DNA of 38,666 nucleotides from an uncultured Clostridia bacterium. GTDB taxonomy: Bacteria > Bacillota > Clostridia > Oscillospirales > Oscillospiraceae. The stretch's first letter is position 1; each line of letters opens with the position of its first letter. The stretch is from NCBI GenBank assembly GCA_937907715.1, contig CALERM010000103.1, positions 1 to 38,666 on the forward strand, given 5' to 3'. A program made the position numbers and the translations under genes. Below are positions 7,920-16,084 of the stretch, one piece after another. A model generated the notes under the pieces. That model ran no database searches. It had not been told where the DNA came from and saw only the letters and a program-made list of their open reading frames with translations.

Positions 7920-7947
7920 GTACCACATAATCCAAATTATGTGATAC
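7920..7947 (-). other. right dif-like recombination site (inverted)
   Basis: GTACCACATAA-TCCAAA-TTATGTGATAC; spacer TCCAAA is the reverse complement of the left spacer TTTGGA. Confidence 0.85.
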
Positions 7948-8085
7948 ACGCAGCGCGTCACACCCGGACTTCATTTGAGAAACCCGCACACCAAAAATTT
8001 TCCCTCCATTTTTTCTCAAAAAATGTTGGCGTGTTGAAATCTGGTATGCTGTACTTGCAAGCCACAAAAGAAAGGACGATGACTC

Positions 8086-8460
8086 ATGATTGGACGACCC
8101 AGAGCAATAGGAAATACGAGATACGCTGTTTTGCAGCGCGAAGATCTGCTTTTGATCTATCAGTCGGGATATGATTGGCTGGAGGATAAGCGACTGAGCA
8201 AGTTTCCAGCTGATGCGCTGGTTTATGCGACGTGGGAGCAGGTGCAGCAAGCGGTTATCGCGCGATTTCACGAGCAAAAGCTGTATTGGAGTGTCATGCT
8301 GGACGAGCTGACGCCTGTTTATGGCGTGGCGGTGGACAAGCAAACATTGCTTGCTTATGGCTTTGAAGACATCCCTGACAATTGGTGCGGATGCCTGTTT
8401 CACGAGGGAGACCGGCTGCGCCGCGCGAAAATGTGGGAGCTGGGAATAGACTATTGTTAA
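8086..8460 (+). CDS. hypothetical protein, 124 aa
   Basis: AAAGGA RBS, protein-like composition; no motif recognised. Confidence 0.65.
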   Translation: MIGRPRAIGNTRYAVLQREDLLLIYQSGYDWLEDKRLSKFPADALVYATWEQVQQAVIARFHEQKLYWSVMLDELTPVYGVAVDKQTLLAYGFEDIPDNWCGCLFHEGDRLRRAKMWELGIDYC

Positions 8461-8502
8461 ATTCCACCAGAAAAAAAACAACAACTTTGTGCAAACTGCA
8501 CA

Positions 8503-8530
8503 TAAACCTTTTAGGCTTTTTTTACGTCTA
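8503..8530 (+). promoter_or_regulatory. ECF-type sigma promoter
   Basis: TAAACC-16 bp T-rich spacer-CGTCTA, matching the AAC/CGT ECF pattern; upstream of an operon encoding an ECF sigma. Confidence 0.65.
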
Positions 8531-8620
8531 GTATATAGAAGCAAACGATGGAAGATTTCTGCGACCTGTCGAGTAGAAATTTCACCATACATATTATTTT
8601 TATTGAAGGAGGCTTTCATT

Positions 8621-8674
8621 ATGAAGCTGAAAAAGACGATGCTTACGCTCGCAATGGCAGCAGTTGTTACATAA
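8621..8674 (+). pseudogene. truncated secreted-protein gene (signal-peptide stub, 17 aa)
   Basis: GAAGGAGG RBS then MKLKKTMLTLAMAAVVT*. Confidence 0.55.
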
Positions 8675-8766
8675 CGATTTCATTCGTTAACAGAAACAAG
8701 GACATACGCATCCTGCCGCGACGGAGCGATCTGTCGCGGTGGGAACACAAAAAAGGAGGAAAAACG

Positions 8767-9549
8767 ATGAGAACAGGACATAAATTCTGCATGTATTGCG
8801 GGCAGGCCATCAGTGAGGACGCGAAATTTTGCCCGCTGTGCGGAAAGAGCCAGAAGATAGACCGACCGGAAGAGACAGAAAAACAGGTGCCCTCTGCTGT
8901 ACAGGAAAAGGCGCAGACCATGACGCATACGATCAAGAACACCCTGTCGGATGTTTCGCAAAAAGTACAGGAGGCGGATTTGGCAGACAAGGCGAAATCC
9001 GCTGCGCATACTGCGAAAGCGACATGGGATCGTGCAGGGGAAACGAGAAAGAAAAATGAGAGAAAAAAGAAAAATCATCTGTTTGAGGAGACCACATTTG
9101 AAGGCAGAGATGCGGCGCAGGAGTTTCTCGACAAGAATGCAGCAACCATGAAACGAAGCAAGTTGGGATTACAGGTTGCTATTATTGCATCCATCTTCGG
9201 CGTGTTTTGCCTGCTGTTGGCTTTTGACGTGGTCTCGATAGATTTACCGATCCCGGTAGAAAATGCGATGCTGCTCATTTGTTTGGGTGGCTCTCTCGTT
9301 TCGTATATCATGGCAGGCGGTATTTTGAAATCCATTCGCTATTCGTTTCGCATTGCCGTCGTTGGATGGTTTATCGTTCCGGTTTTTCCGTTTGATTTGT
9401 GCATCGGGTTAATTGCTTTGATACTCTCGATTTTTGCGTTTATTTTTGTTCCGATTGTCAGCGTTGGCATCAATTATGTACAGACCAAAAAAGATATTGA
9501 GGATGCGGAGCTGTTTATCCGCATTTTGCAGCAGTCGGGGAGCTTGTAA
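8767..9549 (+). CDS. zinc-ribbon domain membrane protein
   Basis: FCMYCG...AKFCPLCG zinc ribbon and several C-terminal hydrophobic helices; AGGAGG RBS favours ATG 8767 over 8548. Confidence 0.85.
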   Translation: MRTGHKFCMYCGQAISEDAKFCPLCGKSQKIDRPEETEKQVPSAVQEKAQTMTHTIKNTLSDVSQKVQEADLADKAKSAAHTAKATWDRAGETRKKNERKKKNHLFEETTFEGRDAAQEFLDKNAATMKRSKLGLQVAIIASIFGVFCLLLAFDVVSIDLPIPVENAMLLICLGGSLVSYIMAGGILKSIRYSFRIAVVGWFIVPVFPFDLCIGLIALILSIFAFIFVPIVSVGINYVQTKKDIEDAELFIRILQQSGSL

Positions 9550-11562
9550 ATGGGAAGAGAAAACTTTCAGACGGAATGGGTGCAAAGAGCCAGAGAACAG
9601 GATCAAGAGGCGTTGGAAGCGCTATATGTGTTCTGTTATGGCGAGGTATACGCGACAATCCGAGAAGCAACCGGCGCGGATAGGGATACCATCAAGGACA
9701 TTTTGCAGGAAACCTATATCAGAGCCTTTACCAAGCTGGATACGCTGATAGATGACAGCAAGTTTCCAGAATGGATCCATTCCATTGCACACAATGCTGC
9801 GAAAGACTTTGTGCGAAAATACAAACCGCATCTGTTTGATTCGATTGATGCGGTGGATGAAGACGGCGTGCCGGAGTTACAGCTGGAAAATCAGGATATA
9901 GCGACCATGCCGCAGATCCAAATGGATCAGCAGGAGACCACGCGCCTGGTGCGGGAAATTCTGGATAGCCTGTCCGCCGGGCAGCGACTGGCGATTACGA
10001 TGTACTATTATGAACACATGACCATCGAGGAAATTGCGCGCCATTGCGGCGTGCGCGAAGGCACCATTAAGGCGCAGTTACATTTCGGCAGAGAGAAAAT
10101 GAAAGAAAAAGTGCTGGAACTGGAGAAACAAGGCACCAAGCTGTACGGTCTGCTTCCGTTCCCATTCTTTATCTTGTTGCTGCGCAATCTGGACAACGCG
10201 CAGATCCCTGTGGATTACACGCTGTGGAACCGGATTTTACAGCAATGCGGCATACAGGCAGCACCGGTACAGACGGCAGACACCCCGTCTTCCGATGCCA
10301 CGCCCAGCGCGCAGGAGGCTGGGTCTGCCGCGACGACTTCGGCGGCAAAAACAGCCGGCGCGACGGCAGGCAGTGCGGTCAAAGGAAAAATCGCCGCCGG
10401 ACTTGTCGCTGCTTTGATACTGGGCGGCGGCGGAACCGTCGCGGGCATTCAGTACATGAACCATCAGGCGCAAACGGGCATTGTACAGGAGCAGGAACAG
10501 ACCGCCTCGAATCCGGACGCGCCGGAACAGAAGGAATCTCCGACGGTCCCGACGCCGACAAGCAGTACCGATTCGCCGGAGGTCGAGCAATATCGAACGC
10601 TGCTGAACACCTTGCAGGAGGACGGCACGTTTCTGCAATATGCACACCTGAAGGATCTCAACGGAGACGGAACGCAGGAGCTGATTCTCTTACACGACAA
10701 CACCGACTTGACGATCTATCAGCTGAAACAGAATCAGCCGAAAGCGGTGTATGAGAAACGCGCGGTCAACGGATTTATGTGCTATGAAGAAGCGGTGACC
10801 GATGAGACCTATGAGCAGGCATACGAGGAGATGGGAAAAGAGGCTGCCGGAGTAAAAATTGACTGCAACCCGGCGGAGCATAAACTTTCCGTCACGCCGC
10901 TCGATGACAATTGGCTGGATGAGACGCATTCGTTTATCGTTGACTGCGATACATGGGACGAAGTGAGCGAGGAAGATTACGAAGATGGAAGCACCAGCGG
11001 CTATCAAAACATCGGTCTCGCAGGAACGTCTCAGGTACAAGGATTCTCGGATCAGCTCAGCTACCTGCTGGGAAAATCCGACACCATGGCGGCGTATGAG
11101 CGGTTCCTGCAAAGCGAAGATCGCTTTTTGGGCGCAGAGGCTTGTTATGAGTACATCTATTTGGATGACGACGATGTACCGGAGCTGGTTATTTCGGAAA
11201 ATTCCTCGTTTGGCGGACAAGTGACGCTCTATCGCTGCAAAGAAGGACTCGTCATACCGGTAAAGGATCAGCTCGGCTCCAATGGAGACATCTATTACAA
11301 GGAGCGGGGAAATCAGCTGCTCAGTAAAGTCAATAAAGATGCGGGAAAGGCTGTTCTGTATCAGCTGCAAGAGGATGCACTCGTTGCACAGCACACGTCG
11401 TCATTTTCCATGGACGCGGAGGGCAATCTGCTGTATGAGATTGACGGAAAGAGCGTGACGACGGAGCAGGGCGAAACATTCTGGGATATGGACGGCACAG
11501 CGTATTTGGCCGCCGGTCAGGACGGCAAAAATGCGGTGCATTTCCATGACAATGACTATTAA
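9550..11562 (+). CDS. ECF sigma-70 factor fused to a transmembrane helix and a large acidic extracellular domain
   Basis: Region 2 (DILQETYIRAFTKL...FPEWIHSIAHNAAKD), region 4 (MTIEEIARHCGVREGTIKAQL), TM IAAGLVAALILGGGGTVAGI, then DLNGDGTQEL / LDDDDVPEL motifs. Confidence 0.88.
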   Translation: MGRENFQTEWVQRAREQDQEALEALYVFCYGEVYATIREATGADRDTIKDILQETYIRAFTKLDTLIDDSKFPEWIHSIAHNAAKDFVRKYKPHLFDSIDAVDEDGVPELQLENQDIATMPQIQMDQQETTRLVREILDSLSAGQRLAITMYYYEHMTIEEIARHCGVREGTIKAQLHFGREKMKEKVLELEKQGTKLYGLLPFPFFILLLRNLDNAQIPVDYTLWNRILQQCGIQAAPVQTADTPSSDATPSAQEAGSAATTSAAKTAGATAGSAVKGKIAAGLVAALILGGGGTVAGIQYMNHQAQTGIVQEQEQTASNPDAPEQKESPTVPTPTSSTDSPEVEQYRTLLNTLQEDGTFLQYAHLKDLNGDGTQELILLHDNTDLTIYQLKQNQPKAVYEKRAVNGFMCYEEAVTDETYEQAYEEMGKEAAGVKIDCNPAEHKLSVTPLDDNWLDETHSFIVDCDTWDEVSEEDYEDGSTSGYQNIGLAGTSQVQGFSDQLSYLLGKSDTMAAYERFLQSEDRFLGAEACYEYIYLDDDDVPELVISENSSFGGQVTLYRCKEGLVIPVKDQLGSNGDIYYKERGNQLLSKVNKDAGKAVLYQLQEDALVAQHTSSFSMDAEGNLLYEIDGKSVTTEQGETFWDMDGTAYLAAGQDGKNAVHFHDNDY

Positions 11563-11585
11563 ATGAAAGATATAAGGAGCAAAAA

Positions 11586-12731
11586 ATGAAACATTGGAAA
11601 TTTGGACTGGGAGCAGGATTGCTCGTTACGGCGGCCATCGGCTTGAGCGGATGCGGGAGAACAACCATTGATTTACAGGATTATCTCACCTATGAATTTA
11701 CCGGTGTGAACGGGTACGGTGAGATTGACTACCGCATCCAGAGTGATTCTATGGTGGACAACAACCTCGGCGCGTTTGGCATCTCTGGCAACAGCGATGC
11801 GGAGATCTCGAGCAGCATTGACACCTATATGGATGTCGCAAACCTGCATGGATCCTGGGACAAAAAAGAAAATCTTTCTAACGGAGACAATGTCGTTTTT
11901 ACTTGGGATGAGGACACGGTACATACGATTGAAGAAAAGTACCACGTCAAGTTGAAAGACGATGCCATCAAAGCAACCGTCGATGGCTTGCAGGATGTGG
12001 AAACATATGACGCCTTTCAGGGCTTAAAGGTGAGCTTTGACGGGTATGCGCCGTCCGGTACAGTCAGTTTAGATAACTCGGATTGCGTCCTCTCCTCGCT
12101 GGAATACACGGCGAAACCGAGTGAACATCTGAAAAATGGCGACAAAGTAACCGTCACTGTCACGGTGCCGGAGGACTGCGCGAAACAGTATGGCAAGGTT
12201 CCGAAGGAAGTGTCCAAACAGTATACGGTTTCCGGTCTGGATGGCTTTGTCACCTCGGCGGCAGATATTCCGGACGACATCATGAATGACATGAAAAAGC
12301 AGGCTGAGGACACCTTCAAGGCAGAGTTTGCGAAATCCGCCGGTGAAGATGAGAAACTGGACAGCATGACCTATGTCGGCAATTACTTTTTGACGGAAAA
12401 AGAGGACGCGGTCAAGAGTTTCTGGTCTTTCAATGCTGGCAATGCCATCTATTTGGTGTATAAAACCGATTATGTTGACAATGGAAAATCCGTCAGCGGA
12501 TATTGGTATTGCCGCTTTAGCGATGTGAAGATTTTGGCAGATGGGACATACAGTGTAGATACTTCGTCGTATCGAACAACAAACACTTGGGATAGCACGA
12601 TTGGCGAAGAGCATGAGTACCCGGGCTATCCGGATGTTACTTCTCTCTTTAATCACTGTGTGACGGAAAATATTGAATCGTACAATTACGAAGACAATGT
12701 CGGAAAGGGAGATGGCAGCGCGCAGTCGTAA
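11586..12731 (+). CDS. hypothetical lipoprotein with two repeated beta-rich domains
   Basis: Signal peptide with lipobox LSGC; repeats FTGVNGYG...NLSNGDNV...TVDGL and FDGYAPSG...HLKNGDKV...TVSGL. Confidence 0.8.
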   Translation: MKHWKFGLGAGLLVTAAIGLSGCGRTTIDLQDYLTYEFTGVNGYGEIDYRIQSDSMVDNNLGAFGISGNSDAEISSSIDTYMDVANLHGSWDKKENLSNGDNVVFTWDEDTVHTIEEKYHVKLKDDAIKATVDGLQDVETYDAFQGLKVSFDGYAPSGTVSLDNSDCVLSSLEYTAKPSEHLKNGDKVTVTVTVPEDCAKQYGKVPKEVSKQYTVSGLDGFVTSAADIPDDIMNDMKKQAEDTFKAEFAKSAGEDEKLDSMTYVGNYFLTEKEDAVKSFWSFNAGNAIYLVYKTDYVDNGKSVSGYWYCRFSDVKILADGTYSVDTSSYRTTNTWDSTIGEEHEYPGYPDVTSLFNHCVTENIESYNYEDNVGKGDGSAQS

Positions 12732-12752
12732 AGCCTGCCGCGAGAATCCATC

Positions 12753-12806
12753 AAAAAAACAAATCCTCTGGCCGAGCCCTAATGGGACGGTCAGAGGATT
12801 TTTGTT
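12753..12806. terminator. bidirectional intrinsic terminator
   Basis: AAATCCTCTGGCCG / CGGTCAGAGGATTT stem flanked by A- and T-runs between convergent genes. Confidence 0.75.
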
Positions 12807-12819
12807 AGAATATTCTTTC

Positions 12820-14265
12820 TTACACCGAGTGACTTTGTACTTGCCGTTCCTTTTCCCGCTGTTCGCGTTGCTTGCGGGCGGCCTCCTGCCGCAGTTGGAA
12901 GTAAGCGGGATGCTCCATCGCCATGACTTTTTCCAGACTCAGCGGCTGAAACAGCGGCATACGCAGCTTGAATTTTGACCACAGTGCCGCATAAATTGCC
13001 AGAATCACAAAAATAACGGCGTCAATGGTCAAAATCGCGGCGCGCTGTGCGGGATCGGTAGAGATGTTGACCACCATGTACACCATACCGGCGATGCCGA
13101 TGAGCGGAATGACCGGCCCAAATGGCAGCTTAAACGTGCGCGGCGCCTTGGGCAGACGGCGGCGCAGCACCAGCAGATTGATGTGTGAGATGATATACGA
13201 GACCATCCAGAACACCGATGCCACCAGAATCATAAACGAGAGCGAGGATGCGCTTGCCAGTCCGGTCGCTTCGATGAGCAAAATCACCGTGCCGTAAATC
13301 AAAATGCCGATGTACGGCGCACCACGGCGATTGGTTTTTTGAAACAGAGAGGGAAGCATATTCATCTTTGCCATGCCATAGCAGATCTTTGTGATGCTGT
13401 TGATGACGGAATTCTGCGTGCTGATTGCGGCGAGCACCGTGACAAGACCGATCCATGCCTTGCCGACATTGCCGAGCAGACTGATGCCGTATAGAATATG
13501 CGGCGTGTCCGATGCGGCGAGCGCCGACCAGCCGGTGTAATGGTACAGACCCAACACCATGACGATCTGAATCACACAGATGATGCCGAGGCTGAGGAAC
13601 ATGCCGAGCGGGATGTTGCGGCGCGGATTGTCCACATATTTGGCAATCGGGATGATAAACTCGACGCCGATGAACAGCCAGAAGGCTGCAGCTGCCATGT
13701 TGACGCCGTCCATCACGTTGTCGGTCAGCGCAAACGACTGAGAGACTTCCGCGCCGGTACCGGCACCCACCGCACCGATGACACCGAGCAGCAGCAGCGA
13801 GCCGATGAGCAGAAACGCGACAACGTTCTGGATTTTGGCGAACATATCGACGCCAAATAAATTGATGACAATTAAAATCGCGGTCAGAGCCACGCTGATG
13901 ACCGATGCCGGAATGCCCACGCCGGTCAGCTCCTTGATGGCGAGGCCAAACATCGCACCTTCGGACGGAGCCATGAGGGCATTACAGACAATGTATCCGC
14001 CGACCATGGATACCAGCGTGACAAAGGGGCCGAGACCCGCGAGGGTATACTGCGCCAGACCGCCGGTCAAATTCGGCATGAGCGCATTCAGCTCCGCGAG
14101 CGAGGCGGCAGTAATCATATTCAGCGCGCACGCCAGCACAATCGAGACGATAAACATGCCGCCGATGGACGCAGCGCCCTGACATAGCGACATCAGGCAG
14201 GTTGTCGCAACGATCAGGCCGACACCGGTGGAGACGACGCTGAACAGGCCTAATTTTTTCTCCAT
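12820..14265 (-). CDS. APC family amino acid/amine permease
   Basis: ~12 hydrophobic segments, LAELNALMP...GG, FWLFIGVEF, NPRRNIP, PRTFKLP. Confidence 0.9.
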   Translation of the reverse strand: MEKKLGLFSVVSTGVGLIVATTCLMSLCQGAASIGGMFIVSIVLACALNMITAASLAELNALMPNLTGGLAQYTLAGLGPFVTLVSMVGGYIVCNALMAPSEGAMFGLAIKELTGVGIPASVISVALTAILIVINLFGVDMFAKIQNVVAFLLIGSLLLLGVIGAVGAGTGAEVSQSFALTDNVMDGVNMAAAAFWLFIGVEFIIPIAKYVDNPRRNIPLGMFLSLGIICVIQIVMVLGLYHYTGWSALAASDTPHILYGISLLGNVGKAWIGLVTVLAAISTQNSVINSITKICYGMAKMNMLPSLFQKTNRRGAPYIGILIYGTVILLIEATGLASASSLSFMILVASVFWMVSYIISHINLLVLRRRLPKAPRTFKLPFGPVIPLIGIAGMVYMVVNISTDPAQRAAILTIDAVIFVILAIYAALWSKFKLRMPLFQPLSLEKVMAMEHPAYFQLRQEAARKQREQREKERQVQSHSV

Positions 14266-14288
14266 AATGTATTCGTTCCTTCCAAGAA

Positions 14289-14636
14289 TCAGGTGAGGGC
14301 GTCCGCACCGTCTTCGCCAGTGCGGACACGGATGACATCAGTGACATCAGAGACAAAAATCTTTCCGTCTCCGATATGACCGGTGTACAGACATTTCTTG
14401 ACGACGTCCTCAATTTTGGGAACCTTTTCTGCTGGGACATACAAAATAATCATCTGCTTGGGCAGCAGCTCCATGATTTTATTCTCTTTGGTGGCAAACT
14501 CCATGGCACCCTTCTGCACGCCGCAGCCCAGCGCCTGCAGCACGGTCATGCCGGTGACGCCGACCTTGCTCAGCTCGATGCGCAAATCCTCCAATTTAGA
14601 CATGGATGTCACGATTTCTACGCGGGAAATAGTCAT
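14289..14636 (-). CDS. P-II family nitrogen regulatory protein
   Basis: GVTGMTV, GCGVQKG, LLPK, TGHIGDGKIFVSDV, IRVRTGE; AGGAG RBS favours ATG 14636. Confidence 0.92.
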   Translation of the reverse strand: MTISRVEIVTSMSKLEDLRIELSKVGVTGMTVLQALGCGVQKGAMEFATKENKIMELLPKQMIILYVPAEKVPKIEDVVKKCLYTGHIGDGKIFVSDVTDVIRVRTGEDGADALT

Positions 14637-14654
14637 AGTCAATGCTCCTTTCGG

Positions 14655-15797
14655 TCAGGCGAGTGCCGGATGATCCCACAGGTTCAGCTTGGTGCCGATG
14701 CCCTTTTTGAGCGCGTTGCGGTAGACAACCGTGCCCCATGCGACATCCTCGGTCGGCATACCGCCGACGGAATAAATGATAATTTCATCCTTCTTGCGGT
14801 GTGTCGGAATATTGCCGACGAGCACATCGCCCAGATCGTCGATGTCACCGCGCGTCAGCTTGCCGTCGTGAATGAGATCCATGGCGTGAACGGCCGGAAT
14901 CGGAATGGTTTCATACGCCGGATACGGCATTTCTTCCGCCCATGCCTCGTACAGCTTGATGTTGTCCGTGACGATGCGGGCGCGGTTGATGAGAAAATCA
15001 TCATCAAAGCGCGCGGCGGCAGGGCAGGCGATGATTGCGCCCGGCTTGATCCATTCCTCTGCAATGTACGGATAGGTAGAAATATCACCAGTCGGGGAAG
15101 AGGTTGCGATTTCTACAATATCCGCATCGCGCACGGCTTCCTCCTCGGTTTCCACAATCGAGATATTGGTCACCTGCGGAAAGCGTTCGCGGACAAAATC
15201 CGCAAATTTCTGTGCCGATGGGGATTTTAGGGAAGAGCCCTTGATTTTCAGCGTGTCAATGCCCGGACGGACAGCCATTGCGGCGGCAAAGGCGGTCTTG
15301 CTCATAACGCCCGGGCCGATGATACCGACAACCTTGGCGTCCTCGCGGGCAAAGTGCTTGAAGCCGACGCCCGGCACCGCGCCGGTGCGATACGCGCTCA
15401 AAATATTGGCGGACATATAGGCAACCGGTGCGCCGGTGTCCTTGTCATTGAGCGTCAGCATCAGGATGGAACGAGGCAGACCCTTTTTGCGGTTTCCGAC
15501 GTTGGAGCCGTACCACTTGACGCCTGCCATATCAAACTTACCGCCAAGGTACGCAGGCATCGCCATAAAGCGGCGGTCGGGGCCATCGGTCGGCATGTTC
15601 GGGAACGGAGAGTGCTCCGGGAAGCTGACCATACAGCCGTGGGAGTTGCCGTTGGCACCGCCCATGCGGTAGTCACCGACCTTCATCAGACGGAACATTT
15701 CTTCAATCGCATCGACACAGCCCTTCATGTCGCGCACGCCTGCCTGAATCATATCCGGTTCGCTCAAATACAGAAAATCTACTTTTGGTTCGTTCAT
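14655..15797 (-). CDS. ornithine cyclodeaminase/mu-crystallin family protein (tyramine oxidase subunit B-like)
   Basis: DFLYLSEPDM, DYRMGGANGNSHG, RRFMAMPAYLGG, GVKWYGSN, LSAYRTGA, IIGPGVM, SVGGMPTEDVAW; start at MNEPK with AAGGA RBS. Confidence 0.88.
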   Translation of the reverse strand: MNEPKVDFLYLSEPDMIQAGVRDMKGCVDAIEEMFRLMKVGDYRMGGANGNSHGCMVSFPEHSPFPNMPTDGPDRRFMAMPAYLGGKFDMAGVKWYGSNVGNRKKGLPRSILMLTLNDKDTGAPVAYMSANILSAYRTGAVPGVGFKHFAREDAKVVGIIGPGVMSKTAFAAAMAVRPGIDTLKIKGSSLKSPSAQKFADFVRERFPQVTNISIVETEEEAVRDADIVEIATSSPTGDISTYPYIAEEWIKPGAIIACPAAARFDDDFLINRARIVTDNIKLYEAWAEEMPYPAYETIPIPAVHAMDLIHDGKLTRGDIDDLGDVLVGNIPTHRKKDEIIIYSVGGMPTEDVAWGTVVYRNALKKGIGTKLNLWDHPALA

Positions 15798-15817
15798 GGT
15801 AAATCCATCCTTTCCAG

Positions 15818-15869
15818 AAAAAAAGAAAAAGGCGCTGCGTACCCGTCCGGTACACAACACCCTTGTTGT
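15818..15869 (-). promoter_or_regulatory. leader attenuator: terminator overlapped by an ANTAR-like hexaloop hairpin
   Basis: Terminator GGTGTTGTGTACC/GGTACGCAGCGCC + T-run; competing hairpin ACAAC-AAGGGT-GTTGT. Confidence 0.65.
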
Positions 15870-15896
15870 TCGTGCTTTGTTTTCTAAGTTGCCTCT

Positions 15897-15925
15897 ATTG
15901 TAGCAGAGATGCCTGCGTTTGTCAT
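15897..15925 (-). promoter_or_regulatory. sigma-A promoter for the OCD-PII-permease operon
   Basis: ATGACA-17 bp-TACAAT with extended TG. Confidence 0.65.
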
Positions 15926-15948
15926 TTTGCATGTTGTAAAAAATGAAA

Positions 15949-15971
15949 TGTCTATTTTTCGTCAATTTTGT
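15949..15971 (-). promoter_or_regulatory. putative operator, copy 1
   Basis: ACAAAATTGACGAAAAATAGACA on - strand; 22/23 identical to 17568-17590. Confidence 0.7.
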
Positions 15972-16020
15972 GCGCAGACGCAAAGCGTAATCCAATTGTA
16001 TGACAAGAATTGGCATATTA

Positions 16021-16049
16021 TTGACAAATAGGGGCGGCGGATTTATACT
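16021..16049 (+). promoter_or_regulatory. sigma-A promoter for the regulator gene
   Basis: TTGACA-17 bp-TATACT. Confidence 0.75.
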
Positions 16050-16084
16050 GGGAACAGAATATGACACAGAAAGAAGGGAAAAAT

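Larger units (their letters stand above)
7634..7947. mobile_element. putative invertible DNA segment (inverton) bounded by inverted recombination sites
   Basis: 20-bp perfect IR CATAATTTGGATTATGTGGT (7640-7659) / ACCACATAATCCAAATTATG (7922-7941), starting 50 bp downstream of the recombinase. Confidence 0.8.

Noticed and set aside
7912..8619. 235-aa minus-strand ORF
   Set aside because: Antisense to the RBS-supported 124-aa ORF and runs across promoter and recombination sites; no motifs
8548..8766. N-terminal extension of the zinc-ribbon protein
   Set aside because: Strong RBS at 8751-8760 supports 8767; the extension overlaps the signal-peptide stub in another frame
15798..16067. N-terminal extension of the OCD-like ORF (470 aa call)
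   Set aside because: Covers promoters, operator and attenuator; the family-like sequence begins at MNEPKVDFLYL
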